Positions 39,135 to 47,617 of a DNA stretch of 64,000 bases are shown one piece after another. Numbering within the stretch: position 1 is the stretch's first letter; each line of letters starts with the position of its first letter. The stretch is from positions 96,001 through 160,000 of the forward strand of contig JBNRMN010000067.1 of the NCBI GenBank assembly GCA_050309605.1. Direction: 5' to 3'. The position numbers and the translations under genes are program-made. Below the pieces are notes generated by a model, which saw only the letters and a list, made by a program, of their open reading frames with translations, had not been told where the DNA came from and did no database searches. Source of the DNA: Anaerohalosphaeraceae bacterium. Its GTDB lineage: Bacteria > Planctomycetota > Phycisphaerae > Sedimentisphaerales > Anaerohalosphaeraceae.

Positions 39135-39895
39135 AGCCGATTCGGTCCGCCGTCGTTGGGATCGCCCGCGGCCAGGAGCGACGCTTTCAGCGAGCGGGCG
39201 TACCCATCGGCAAACGCGACATTGATCGAATGTCCGGTGTGTCGGCCTCGAACGGCGTCGTGAAGCTGGGCCGGATCAATACGGCGGCGGCTGTTGTCGG
39301 CAAGACCGGGCAGATAGAACGCGCTGTCCCGTTTGGGATTTTCAAAGTCCGACCGTCCTGTCGGCAAGGCGGCCTTCCAGCTCATCAGTGCATAGCCTGA
39401 ATCGCACAGAAGTACCGTACGGGCCGGCTGTTTCAGTTGGCTTATTTTCAGCGGCGTCCCCTTGAATTCCGTTTCTTCGTCGGCGCTGCCGATTTTGTAA
39501 ATCGCATAATTGACGCCATAGTTGGCGCACAAAACATTGTCTGTCGGCGAGGTGGATGGACAGCTCAGCGAGGCGTCCTCGGTGGGATTGCGGCTGTCGC
39601 TGACCTGGTGAAACCACCACCACCCCTGCCAGTCCAATGCCGCATCCCCCACAAAACCGCCCGGCGGCGCTGAAGAAAAGCCCCCGATATGGCAAAACCC
39701 GAAAGGAAACCGGTCGTTGTTGTCTTGGGTAAATACCTGCGCGGCCATGGTATGTTGTCTGAGGTTGGACTGACAGACTACACGTTGCCCACGCTGTCTG
39801 CTGCTTATCAGCGCAGGCAACACAATTCCCAGCAATAAGGCAATCAGGGCAACGACCGTCACCAGTTCAATCAGCATAAAACCCCATCGGCGCAT
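39116..39895 (-). CDS. Prepilin-type N-terminal methylation / H-X9-DG (DUF1559-like) protein
   Basis: RRWGFMLIELVTVVALIALLLGIVLPAL, VCQSNLRQ, NYGVN, RHTGHSINVAFADG. Confidence 0.9.
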   Translation of the reverse strand: MRRWGFMLIELVTVVALIALLLGIVLPALISSRQRGQRVVCQSNLRQHTMAAQVFTQDNNDRFPFGFCHIGGFSSAPPGGFVGDAALDWQGWWWFHQVSDSRNPTEDASLSCPSTSPTDNVLCANYGVNYAIYKIGSADEETEFKGTPLKISQLKQPARTVLLCDSGYALMSWKAALPTGRSDFENPKRDSAFYLPGLADNSRRRIDPAQLHDAVRGRHTGHSINVAFADGYARSLKASLLAAGDPNDGGPNRLYIWSP

Positions 39896-39901
39896 ACATA
39901 C

Positions 39902-39930
39902 ATTATATGCGCTGAGGCCGTCCGATACAA
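39902..39930 (-). promoter_or_regulatory. Sigma70-type promoter giving a probably leaderless mRNA
   Basis: TTGTAT-N17-TATAAT, then 6 nt to the ATG at 39895. Confidence 0.7.
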
Positions 39931-39932
39931 CC

Positions 39933-39967
39933 AAAAAAACAAAAACAGGACAAAGAATTTCCTGTTC
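39933..39967 (-). terminator. Intrinsic terminator after the C39 gene
   Basis: Minus strand AACAGGA...TCCTGTT followed by TTTGTTTTTTT. Confidence 0.7.
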
Positions 39968-39997
39968 TTGCCGTTGCCCCCGTGTACAACAGTCGCC

Positions 39998-41665
39998 TTA
40001 CATACACGCCCGAATATACCGGCTGTACCATCGACCGGTGATTTCACACCAGTTCGGGTAGTAGGGGTGGTTGATGCAATGGGTATAATCGTAGCCGATC
40101 ATCTTTTGTCCGGTGCAGGTCGTGCCGTAATAGTCTTCCCGACAGCCGTAGCGCAGCCAGAACCGATAGTACGCCCCGCCGCACAAACCGCCGATCGGTT
40201 CGGAACAAAGCCATTGTTCTTCGTTCTGGATCAATTCAGTGCAGGAATAGCCGATGTTGCCGCCGAGAATTTGCTGCTGACGGGCGTCATCAAGCAGTTC
40301 CACCTGTCCGCTGAGCACAATCGGCTGATCGGCCACCAGCAGCGCCACGCCGTCTTTCCAGTCCGCCAGCAATTCGCGTATCGGGCGTTTCCAGTAAAAT
40401 TTACGGTCGGTCAAGTCCACCGTCCAGACCGCATCTTTTTCGATGCGATCCAGCACCACGTAGTGCCGGGCGGTCGGGTAATGCAGAATGATCCCGTAGT
40501 TCTTGAATTCGGCCAGCGATTTGACATCCGTCTTGACGGCCGCACAATACAGCCCTGCGGCCTCCAGCGCTTGGCGGATGGCGTACAGACTGGTCATTTC
40601 AGGTTGTCCGGCCGCGGCCGGGGCGGGCGGATTTGGTGTTTCCGGCAGGCTCAGACTGATGTTCTTTGCGAAGCGTTTGGCAATATGCGCCACCGCCAGG
40701 ACCGCACAATTGGCCTGCTCCTTTTGAACCGATAACGTCATCACTTTTTGTTCGAGCATTCGAGTGATGTCCGCCGCTTCGGAAGCGTGGTACAGAAACG
40801 ACTTCATCTGCCCGTACGGCTGAAGCTCAACGACCGTGCCTTCGGCAAAGACCGGCTGATACGGTTCGGTCGGACGGTTCGCATCGACCGACAGAAACCG
40901 CCAGTCTTCATACGACACCAGCGTCGGGGTGTCGCCCTGCAAATGAAACCGTTCGACGACGATGATAAAGGGAATCCAGTTCTGTCCGATTTGTCGATAG
41001 TCTCGATAATGCTGTCGGATGGTTACCGCTTGGTTTTTCATGGTGTAGGAAAGAGGCAGGAAGGCTTTTTCCGGGTCGAGAACCATCGTCGTTTCAACAG
41101 GCGACCGGTCGGGGTTGTCGGTCAGCGTCAGCCGCATCAGCCGCCGTCCGTCTTCAACAAATGCCGCCGCCGAAGGATTCCTCTCGGCCAGTTTTTCGCG
41201 AGTGAACAGTCCCAGCCCCCACGGAATGACCCCTGCGGTAAACGGGCCGAACAGATTCATCGGCATTTCCTGTTGGTCCATCACCACGACGGCATAATCG
41301 GCGGATTTGTAATAGCGGGTGTAGGCGTTGCCGTCATACGCAAAAATCCGGTGTTTGTTACTTTGATGGTCCGGCCGCTCCACGTCCGGCGAGGCTGCAT
41401 CCGCCGGCGGATCCGCAAGGACAATCTCCCAATAAAACCGGTTTCCGTCAAACCGAAAAAGTTCCTGCGATTCATACGCCATTTCTTCGCCAATGCGATA
41501 TTCGAGATATTTGGCGCGGATCGTCCCAGCCTCAAGCCAGGTATGTTTCGGCGCAGCGGTCAACTCCTCAAGCAAGGCGTTGACCTGACTTTCATCAAGC
41601 GTTTGATCTGCCGCTGCCGCGGCGAGAACCGACCCCATTAATACAGCATAAACAAGCGTCTTCAT
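39998..41665 (-). CDS. Exported protein: beta-rich (LolA-like) N domain, C39 peptidase domain, double-glycine motif, Cys-rich C-terminal peptide
   Basis: Signal peptide MKTLVYAVLMGSVLAAAAA; QANCAVLAV, TSLYAIRQALEAAGL, HYVVLD, TVD, WKDGVALLV; ELLDDARQQQILGG followed by an 86-aa tail with 8 Cys. Confidence 0.8.
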   Translation of the reverse strand: MKTLVYAVLMGSVLAAAAADQTLDESQVNALLEELTAAPKHTWLEAGTIRAKYLEYRIGEEMAYESQELFRFDGNRFYWEIVLADPPADAASPDVERPDHQSNKHRIFAYDGNAYTRYYKSADYAVVVMDQQEMPMNLFGPFTAGVIPWGLGLFTREKLAERNPSAAAFVEDGRRLMRLTLTDNPDRSPVETTMVLDPEKAFLPLSYTMKNQAVTIRQHYRDYRQIGQNWIPFIIVVERFHLQGDTPTLVSYEDWRFLSVDANRPTEPYQPVFAEGTVVELQPYGQMKSFLYHASEAADITRMLEQKVMTLSVQKEQANCAVLAVAHIAKRFAKNISLSLPETPNPPAPAAAGQPEMTSLYAIRQALEAAGLYCAAVKTDVKSLAEFKNYGIILHYPTARHYVVLDRIEKDAVWTVDLTDRKFYWKRPIRELLADWKDGVALLVADQPIVLSGQVELLDDARQQQILGGNIGYSCTELIQNEEQWLCSEPIGGLCGGAYYRFWLRYGCREDYYGTTCTGQKMIGYDYTHCINHPYYPNWCEITGRWYSRYIRACM

Positions 41666-41681
41666 TGTCATTCTCCTGTTT

Positions 41682-43040
41682 TTATTCAACTGACTCCATT
41701 TCAGCGGATTGTTTAACGGCTTCAACAAATTCCGTCCATTCGTCTTCATCGACGGTCTCCTGCAATTCGGGCGATTCATCCCAAATGGTCTCGAGTGCTT
41801 CGACCATTTCCTCGGTGGTCTTTTCCGTGGTCGTGTCGTCCTCGACGACGATCGGGTCGCCGGCGGACATCATCTGCATCTGACCTTCCGGTTCATACTG
41901 GTGCAGCACCATCGGCCCAAGAACCACCCGTTCCTCGTCCAGATGGGTGTACAGGCTCAGGGTGACGGTCCCCGGCATCATGGGCGTATAGACAAAGGAG
42001 GCAATCGGTCCGTCTTCGATCGGTCCGCTGAAGCTGGCGGCCAGGAACTGAATGCCTTCCTGCTGGATCTCGCCCGGCCCCCAGTAGTCAAAGAACGTGG
42101 AATGCGGCCAGGCCAGCAGCTCGGCGGTTCCGTCGCCCGGCGGGTCGTTGGGGTCATACGGCGTGTTGTCGATCCAGCCGAGATTCGGATCGGAAATCAG
42201 CACCTCAAGCCAGAATATCGCGACGTCGTTATCAATCGTTGTTTTGTCCAGATACAGCCGAACACTTTGACCGACGGGGATGGAGATTTCATCACGCCCG
42301 TTCGGGTCTGTAATGGAATAAAACAGCGTCGGCTCCGGCGCCGGCCCCGGCGTCACCTCAGGCGGCCATGTGGGCGTTCCCCACAGCCAGAAATCCGCAA
42401 ACATCAGTACATCCGACAGCCCCACTACGCCGTCGCGATCCAGATCAGCGCCGCCGCAGGTGTTCGGGTCGGCGCACTCGGTGAGCCAATACGATGAAAA
42501 AATCGCAAAATCCGCATAATTGACCACGCCGTCGTCGTTCAAATCCCGCGAGGCCGTATTGTCCAGTACGACCGTCTTATTGGGATCCGGCACCGTAAAC
42601 GACGAACTGTGATTGTAATAATGTATCAGGCACTCTCCCTCGTCCAGCGGTGTGTAATCCAGCACGAACCAATCGCCGGGCGTGCGGCTTAACTCATCGG
42701 TGTACAGATCAAAACCGCTCATCCACGAATCCCGCCAGTGCAGGAGAAAGGCCCGCCGGCCGGCTGCTTCCAGACCGCTGGCCTGTCCGGCCGGCGCATT
42801 GGGGTCGTCGCTGCGCCAACTGAGCATACCCGCAGGGCGATGTTCATTATGAATGAACAGGCCGCCGCTCCAGAGGTCGTTGGCGTCCGAATGCACCAGC
42901 AGGCTGACCTGTGAGCCGAGCATCACCTCGTGATGCCACAGCGGGCGCAGATGAACCGGATCGCAGACCGTTACGTTGACCGCTGCCCGGACCGACAGTA
43001 CGCCGACCAGGAGGATGCAAAACACGAACAGGTTTTTCAT
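41682..43040 (-). CDS. Exported protein with a central dockerin-like double Ca-binding repeat flanked by two related beta domains
   Basis: Signal peptide; DLNDDGVVNYADFAIFSSYWL and DLDRDGVVGLSDVLMFADFWL; acidic helical tail; GAGGAG RBS. Confidence 0.82.
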   Translation of the reverse strand: MKNLFVFCILLVGVLSVRAAVNVTVCDPVHLRPLWHHEVMLGSQVSLLVHSDANDLWSGGLFIHNEHRPAGMLSWRSDDPNAPAGQASGLEAAGRRAFLLHWRDSWMSGFDLYTDELSRTPGDWFVLDYTPLDEGECLIHYYNHSSSFTVPDPNKTVVLDNTASRDLNDDGVVNYADFAIFSSYWLTECADPNTCGGADLDRDGVVGLSDVLMFADFWLWGTPTWPPEVTPGPAPEPTLFYSITDPNGRDEISIPVGQSVRLYLDKTTIDNDVAIFWLEVLISDPNLGWIDNTPYDPNDPPGDGTAELLAWPHSTFFDYWGPGEIQQEGIQFLAASFSGPIEDGPIASFVYTPMMPGTVTLSLYTHLDEERVVLGPMVLHQYEPEGQMQMMSAGDPIVVEDDTTTEKTTEEMVEALETIWDESPELQETVDEDEWTEFVEAVKQSAEMESVE

Positions 43041-43076
43041 AAAATTCAATCTCCTCACAAAAATAAATGATGTGTA

Positions 43077-43110
43077 CATCGATGGGGACGCCGCTCGAAA
43101 ACGCTATGTT
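43077..43110 (-). promoter_or_regulatory. ECF-type promoter-like motif, copy 2 (upstream of the dockerin-C39 operon)
   Basis: AACATAGCGTTTTCGAGCGGCGTCCCCATCGATG; AAC-N17-CGT. Confidence 0.6.
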
Positions 43111-43218
43111 GGTGGTGTTTTGAGATTTTTTTGGAAAAAGTCCGAAAAAAAGGAAATTTTTGAAAATTTACCACATTTTTCACATTTTTTTCAAACTCAT
43201 CACACATATTACATCGCT

Positions 43219-43238
43219 GAGCGGCGTCAACATCAATG
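43219..43238 (+). promoter_or_regulatory. Copy 3 of the motif (core only), divergent from copy 2
   Basis: GAGCGGCGTCAACATCAATG. Confidence 0.45.
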
Positions 43239-43389
43239 AGAACGAATACACAGAGCGAACACAGCGGCAGGACGAGCGGTCGTGAGCCGACGGCGATGAA
43301 TTGAAAAATTCGGTGTGAAGTGTGGTTTGTGGACCGGGGCGATCAGGGAGGGATAGCAGACGCGGCAGAAGAGTTTGACGGTGAGGGGA

Positions 43390-43432
43390 AAAATTAAAAG
43401 GCGTTGTCATGGAAAACAACGCCTTAAGTTTT
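43390..43432. terminator. Probably bidirectional terminator ending the etf operon
   Basis: AAGGCGTTGT/ACAACGCCTT stem (43398-43425) with A-rich left and T-rich right flanks. Confidence 0.75.
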
Positions 43433-43451
43433 TAAGGGCATTTTAGGGCGG

Positions 43452-45113
43452 TTACATCGTTTTATAGCGGGGCCCGCCCGTCGGTTCCGGTACCGTCCAG
43501 CGGATATTGTCATACGGACATTTCCGCTGACAGGTCTTGCAGTGCAGACAGTTGGACGGGTTGGCGGGTTTGAGCTGCTCATGGATGATCTCATAAACTC
43601 CCGCCGGACAGAAGGTTACGCACGGTGCATTGAATTTGGGGATGCATTGTTCCACACAAATTGCCGGATCGCTGATCAGCAGATGGCAGGGCTGTTCCTC
43701 GCGGTGCACGGTGGCCGCCATGGCGGTAAAGGTATCCTTATCAAATCGGACCGGCGGTTTCAGGCGATACCGGTCTGTGGTCAGGGTCTGATAATCGGGC
43801 TCGATGTGGAATTTCGGCAGCCAGCTGCCCAAAACCGATAACGGCATACCCTGAAGCGGGCCGAACCGAGCGACGGTCTGGCGGAAGTTTTTGGCGGTTT
43901 CCAGCTCTTTCAGGACGCCGGTTTCATCCAGGAGGCGGGTGTAGCATTGCGCCACCGCCATGGGGGTCTCGAGGTTGTCGGACGCGGCGGTGCCGGCGGC
44001 GATGCCCGACTCAATGGCATTGTGCAGGCCTTTGATTTTGAGCATATTGACAAACCCGGCGCTGTCGCCGATGAGCACGACGTTGCCCCGTCCAATGGCT
44101 TCGGTCTGCGGACAGCGCGGCACGGCATACAGACCGCCTTCGGGGATCATCTTGGCCCCGGCCTCGGTGATCTGGCCGCCGTCGATGAACGGCTTGACCC
44201 AGGCGTGTTGTTTGAACAGCGTCAGGGCATCCTGGGGGTTGAAGTCGCAGTATTTGTAATCCAGCCCGACGATCATCCCCACTGCAATGTGGTTGTCGCC
44301 CATCGGGTACATAATCCCGCCGCCGAACATCGATGGACCGACCAGCGGTCGCCAGAGCGGCCAGCCCATCGCGTGCACCACGCGCCCTTCAGTGAATTTT
44401 TGATATTGTTCGTCGCTCACACGAATCAGTTCCTTCACCCCCAGTGAATAAAGCTGATTGCCCTGACGAACCAAGCCGGCTTTGTGGATGAACGATTCGC
44501 TGAGCAGGCCGTCGCAGCCCTCGGCCAGAATCACCACATCGGCGGTAACGGTTTCCCCGGCCAGATAGTTGCGTTCTTTGTGCCCGTGCGGATTCATCCC
44601 CTGATCGACGAGTTTGACGCCGGTTGCGCGGTGTGCGACACCATCCCAGAGAATCTCTTCGGCGGCAAAACCGTGCATCACTTCCACGCCAACCGCCCCG
44701 GCGATACCGGACAGCCACGCGGTCAGCTTGCTGATCGAGCAGATATAGTCGCCTTCGTGCATCATCTGCCCGAAGGCCAGCTTCAGCCCGCGGGCCATTT
44801 TCAGCATCGGCAGCATAGAAAACGCCCGCTGTTGTCCGCAGAAGAATAGAATGTCGTCTTTTTCGACCGTGGCCGAGAGCACGGCTTTGGCTGCGTCGCT
44901 GTCGCGCCACTGCGGATCGACCGGGTCAAGCAGCTTGCCCAGGGCCTTGGCCTCCAGTACCGCCCCGGACAGATTATGATTGCCGGGCGCGGCGGCTTTG
45001 TCGATGACACAGACATCCGCCTTGGGGTTAAGCCGTTTGGCGGTGATTCCGGCTGCCAGACCTGCCGGTCCGCCGCCGACGATTAAAACCGATACATGTG
45101 TGTAGTCCTGCAT
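43452..45113 (-). CDS. ETF:quinone oxidoreductase-like flavoprotein with a C-terminal 4Fe-4S domain (equivalent to FixC+FixX)
   Basis: LIVGGGPAGLAA, LSGAV, ILAEG, GAKMIPEGG, IGDSAGFVN...IKGLHNAI, FCPAGVYE...NCLHCKTC...NIRWTVPE..GGP. Confidence 0.92.
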   Translation of the reverse strand: MQDYTHVSVLIVGGGPAGLAAGITAKRLNPKADVCVIDKAAAPGNHNLSGAVLEAKALGKLLDPVDPQWRDSDAAKAVLSATVEKDDILFFCGQQRAFSMLPMLKMARGLKLAFGQMMHEGDYICSISKLTAWLSGIAGAVGVEVMHGFAAEEILWDGVAHRATGVKLVDQGMNPHGHKERNYLAGETVTADVVILAEGCDGLLSESFIHKAGLVRQGNQLYSLGVKELIRVSDEQYQKFTEGRVVHAMGWPLWRPLVGPSMFGGGIMYPMGDNHIAVGMIVGLDYKYCDFNPQDALTLFKQHAWVKPFIDGGQITEAGAKMIPEGGLYAVPRCPQTEAIGRGNVVLIGDSAGFVNMLKIKGLHNAIESGIAAGTAASDNLETPMAVAQCYTRLLDETGVLKELETAKNFRQTVARFGPLQGMPLSVLGSWLPKFHIEPDYQTLTTDRYRLKPPVRFDKDTFTAMAATVHREEQPCHLLISDPAICVEQCIPKFNAPCVTFCPAGVYEIIHEQLKPANPSNCLHCKTCQRKCPYDNIRWTVPEPTGGPRYKTM

Positions 45114-45167
45114 CGAATATCCTTATCTTCGTGTATTTCTGTCGTCCTGCGTTCTTGTATGATTTTC

Positions 45168-47258
45168 CTACGCTTTCAGTGCCGCGGCCAGCTCCGGCAC
45201 CACTGTTTCGGCGTTGCCGACGATGTAATAGTCGCATTGCTTGAAAATCGGCGCGTGCGGGTCGGTGTTGACAGCGACAATGGTCTCGGTGTTGGCGACT
45301 CCGATCATATGCTGGATTGCGCCGGAAATACCGATGGCAACATACAGTTTCGGGCCGACGGCAGTGCCGGTCTGGCCGACTTGGCGAATCCGCTCGGCAA
45401 AGCCCTGCTCTACGGCGGTGCGCGTTGCGCCTTTTTCGACCGACACATCAAATCGCCCGCGGATCGCCTCACACAGCGAATCCAGCAGCCGGTCGTAGCT
45501 GTCGCGGTTCTGCATGCCCTTGCCGCCGCTGACAATGACCTCGCTGTCAAACTGGACGCTGCCGTGTCCGCGCTCGGTCTGCAGGACATTCAGACTCAGA
45601 TCGTCCTGGGTGATCTCGACCTGGCAGGCGATGATCTGCCCTTTGCGGCCGGGATCCGGCGGCAGGCGCTTCATCACGCCCGGTCGGGCTGTAGCCATCT
45701 GACAGGTGGAGTCTTTGGTGCAGATAGTCGCCATCACATTGCCGCCCAGCGCCGGACGGGTCTGCATCAGCACGGCGATTTGTCCCTTGCGGCTGCTGTC
45801 GCGGATGTCCAGCCCCGTACAGTCAGCCGTCAGCCCGCAGCCGACGCGATAGGACACCATCGGCGCCAGCACGCGGCCCTGGGGCGTGGCGCCGTAAAGG
45901 AATATTTGCGGACTATATTTCTCGAATGCCGCGGAAACGGCCTTGCGATAGCTGAACGGGTCAAACTGCTCCAGCAGGGGATGCTCGATGAGATAAACGG
46001 CATCAGCGCCGGCGGCGATCAGGTCATCGGCCAGCGGTTTGACTTTGTTGCCGACCAGTACCACGCCGACCTTGACCTCCAGCGAATCGGCCAATTGACG
46101 TGCTTTGCCGGTCAACTCAAACGTCGCGGCGTTGATTTGACCGTCCTGATGCTCGGCCATCACCCACACATCGCCGCTGTAGCTCGGCTCGGTATGGCGA
46201 TAGCCTTCGATCATGTCGTCGAAGGCTTTTTTGTGGAATGAGATTTCATCACAAGCCAGTATTTTTTCTTTGATTTCGTCGGTGATTTGTTCCGGCTGGG
46301 TAATGTTGAGTTTTGTGAGCTGCTCAGCCAGTGCTCGGTAATCTTCGATTTCCTTTTCCGTGCCTTCATACGACCGGTCAAAGACCGATCTGCGTTTGGA
46401 CGGCAGCACATAGGCCGGCTGCTGTGCGGTCTGTTGAATGTCCTGTTCGTCCGATGCGGACAGGTGTTTGCTTATGCACTGAGCCAGTTGAGCGACCGAG
46501 TCAACCTGTTGACATTTACGGGTGGTTTTACCCGGCGGAAAGACGCGGATGACGCGGGTTTTGGAGCCGGCCACACCCATGGCGGTGGCGTTGACTTCGG
46601 CGGCACCCCATTGGGTCGATGGATGGCGATTGGCTCGCCGGGTCGCGGCAAATGAGGCGAACAGCGGATATTCGTATTTGGCCACGGTGATAATTGCCGG
46701 TGTATGCAGCGGCTCGACGATCTGACTGCCGCCGGAAATGATGCGGGTAAATCGGAAATGACCGTTTTCGTATTCCGCTTCAGTGGCATAGGGCACGCAG
46801 GGGATGCCCAGCTCCTCGGCGATCTGGGCGGGAACCTGTGCCGTGTCGCCGTCCACCGACTGCATTCCGGCCACGACATAATAATCCGTTGTCCCATGGA
46901 GCATCTCGGCGGTGATTTTGCGAATGGCATAGGCCAGGGGGTTGGCCGTGGCCCAGGTATCCGCACCGCCCAAGGCCCGGTCGGTCAGCAGCACGGCGTC
47001 ATCGGCGTGGCGACTCAGCCCGTAGTGCAGCACCTCGGCGGCCATCGGCGGACCCATCGTCAGGCAAATCAGTTTGCTGTCGGGATTGCCCGACAGTGTC
47101 TTCATCCACCATGCGTACGCCAGTGCCTGGGCGTCCAGTTCATTGATGACGCTCGGAAGACGGGTGCGGATCAGATTGCCGGTGTTGGGGTCGAACGCGT
47201 TGTCGGTAATCTGCGAGACATCCGGTACTTGTTTGACCAGTACTATATAATGGCTCAT
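45168..47258 (-). CDS. Fused electron transfer flavoprotein beta-alpha (EtfB-EtfA)
   Basis: N half IVLVKQVPD, TMGPP, GGADTWAT, SVDGDTAQVP; C half GLTADCT, TRPALGGNVMATI, QMATARPG, QVGQTG, GISGAIQH; one continuous ORF; AGGAG RBS. Confidence 0.93.
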   Translation of the reverse strand: MSHYIVLVKQVPDVSQITDNAFDPNTGNLIRTRLPSVINELDAQALAYAWWMKTLSGNPDSKLICLTMGPPMAAEVLHYGLSRHADDAVLLTDRALGGADTWATANPLAYAIRKITAEMLHGTTDYYVVAGMQSVDGDTAQVPAQIAEELGIPCVPYATEAEYENGHFRFTRIISGGSQIVEPLHTPAIITVAKYEYPLFASFAATRRANRHPSTQWGAAEVNATAMGVAGSKTRVIRVFPPGKTTRKCQQVDSVAQLAQCISKHLSASDEQDIQQTAQQPAYVLPSKRRSVFDRSYEGTEKEIEDYRALAEQLTKLNITQPEQITDEIKEKILACDEISFHKKAFDDMIEGYRHTEPSYSGDVWVMAEHQDGQINAATFELTGKARQLADSLEVKVGVVLVGNKVKPLADDLIAAGADAVYLIEHPLLEQFDPFSYRKAVSAAFEKYSPQIFLYGATPQGRVLAPMVSYRVGCGLTADCTGLDIRDSSRKGQIAVLMQTRPALGGNVMATICTKDSTCQMATARPGVMKRLPPDPGRKGQIIACQVEITQDDLSLNVLQTERGHGSVQFDSEVIVSGGKGMQNRDSYDRLLDSLCEAIRGRFDVSVEKGATRTAVEQGFAERIRQVGQTGTAVGPKLYVAIGISGAIQHMIGVANTETIVAVNTDPHAPIFKQCDYYIVGNAETVVPELAAALKA

Positions 47259-47617
47259 GGCGGTTCCTGAACTCCTGTAACATAGTTGCGTTTTGTTCCA
47301 ACCCGTTCTGCGACACGAATCATAGCGAATCCGGCGGGGTTGTCTATCGAAATCCACCAGTGGTAAATTTTTAACACACCCGTTCAACTCGCGCAGGGTT
47401 GTTTTTCAGCCGCCTGCCTATTCAAACGGCAGAGGGGCTGAATACGAACAACCGGCATTATACGCTCTTAATCCTGCGGAAAGTGTTTTATTTGTGCCTC
47501 TTTTTAGACCAATTCTGTCAAAATGTCCGTCGGGGGTTGATTTTTTTGGAGTCAATGAGTACAAAAGGTGCGGAAATAATACGTTAACCCAATTTTGAAC
47601 AGACAATGAGGTGAAAC

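Noticed and set aside
45096..46241. Long antisense ORFs (381 aa here; also 10115-11203, 30420-31277, 40748-41641, 50877-51791, 56195-57055)
   Set aside because: Opposite well-supported genes; expected from GC-rich codon bias; no recognisable motifs
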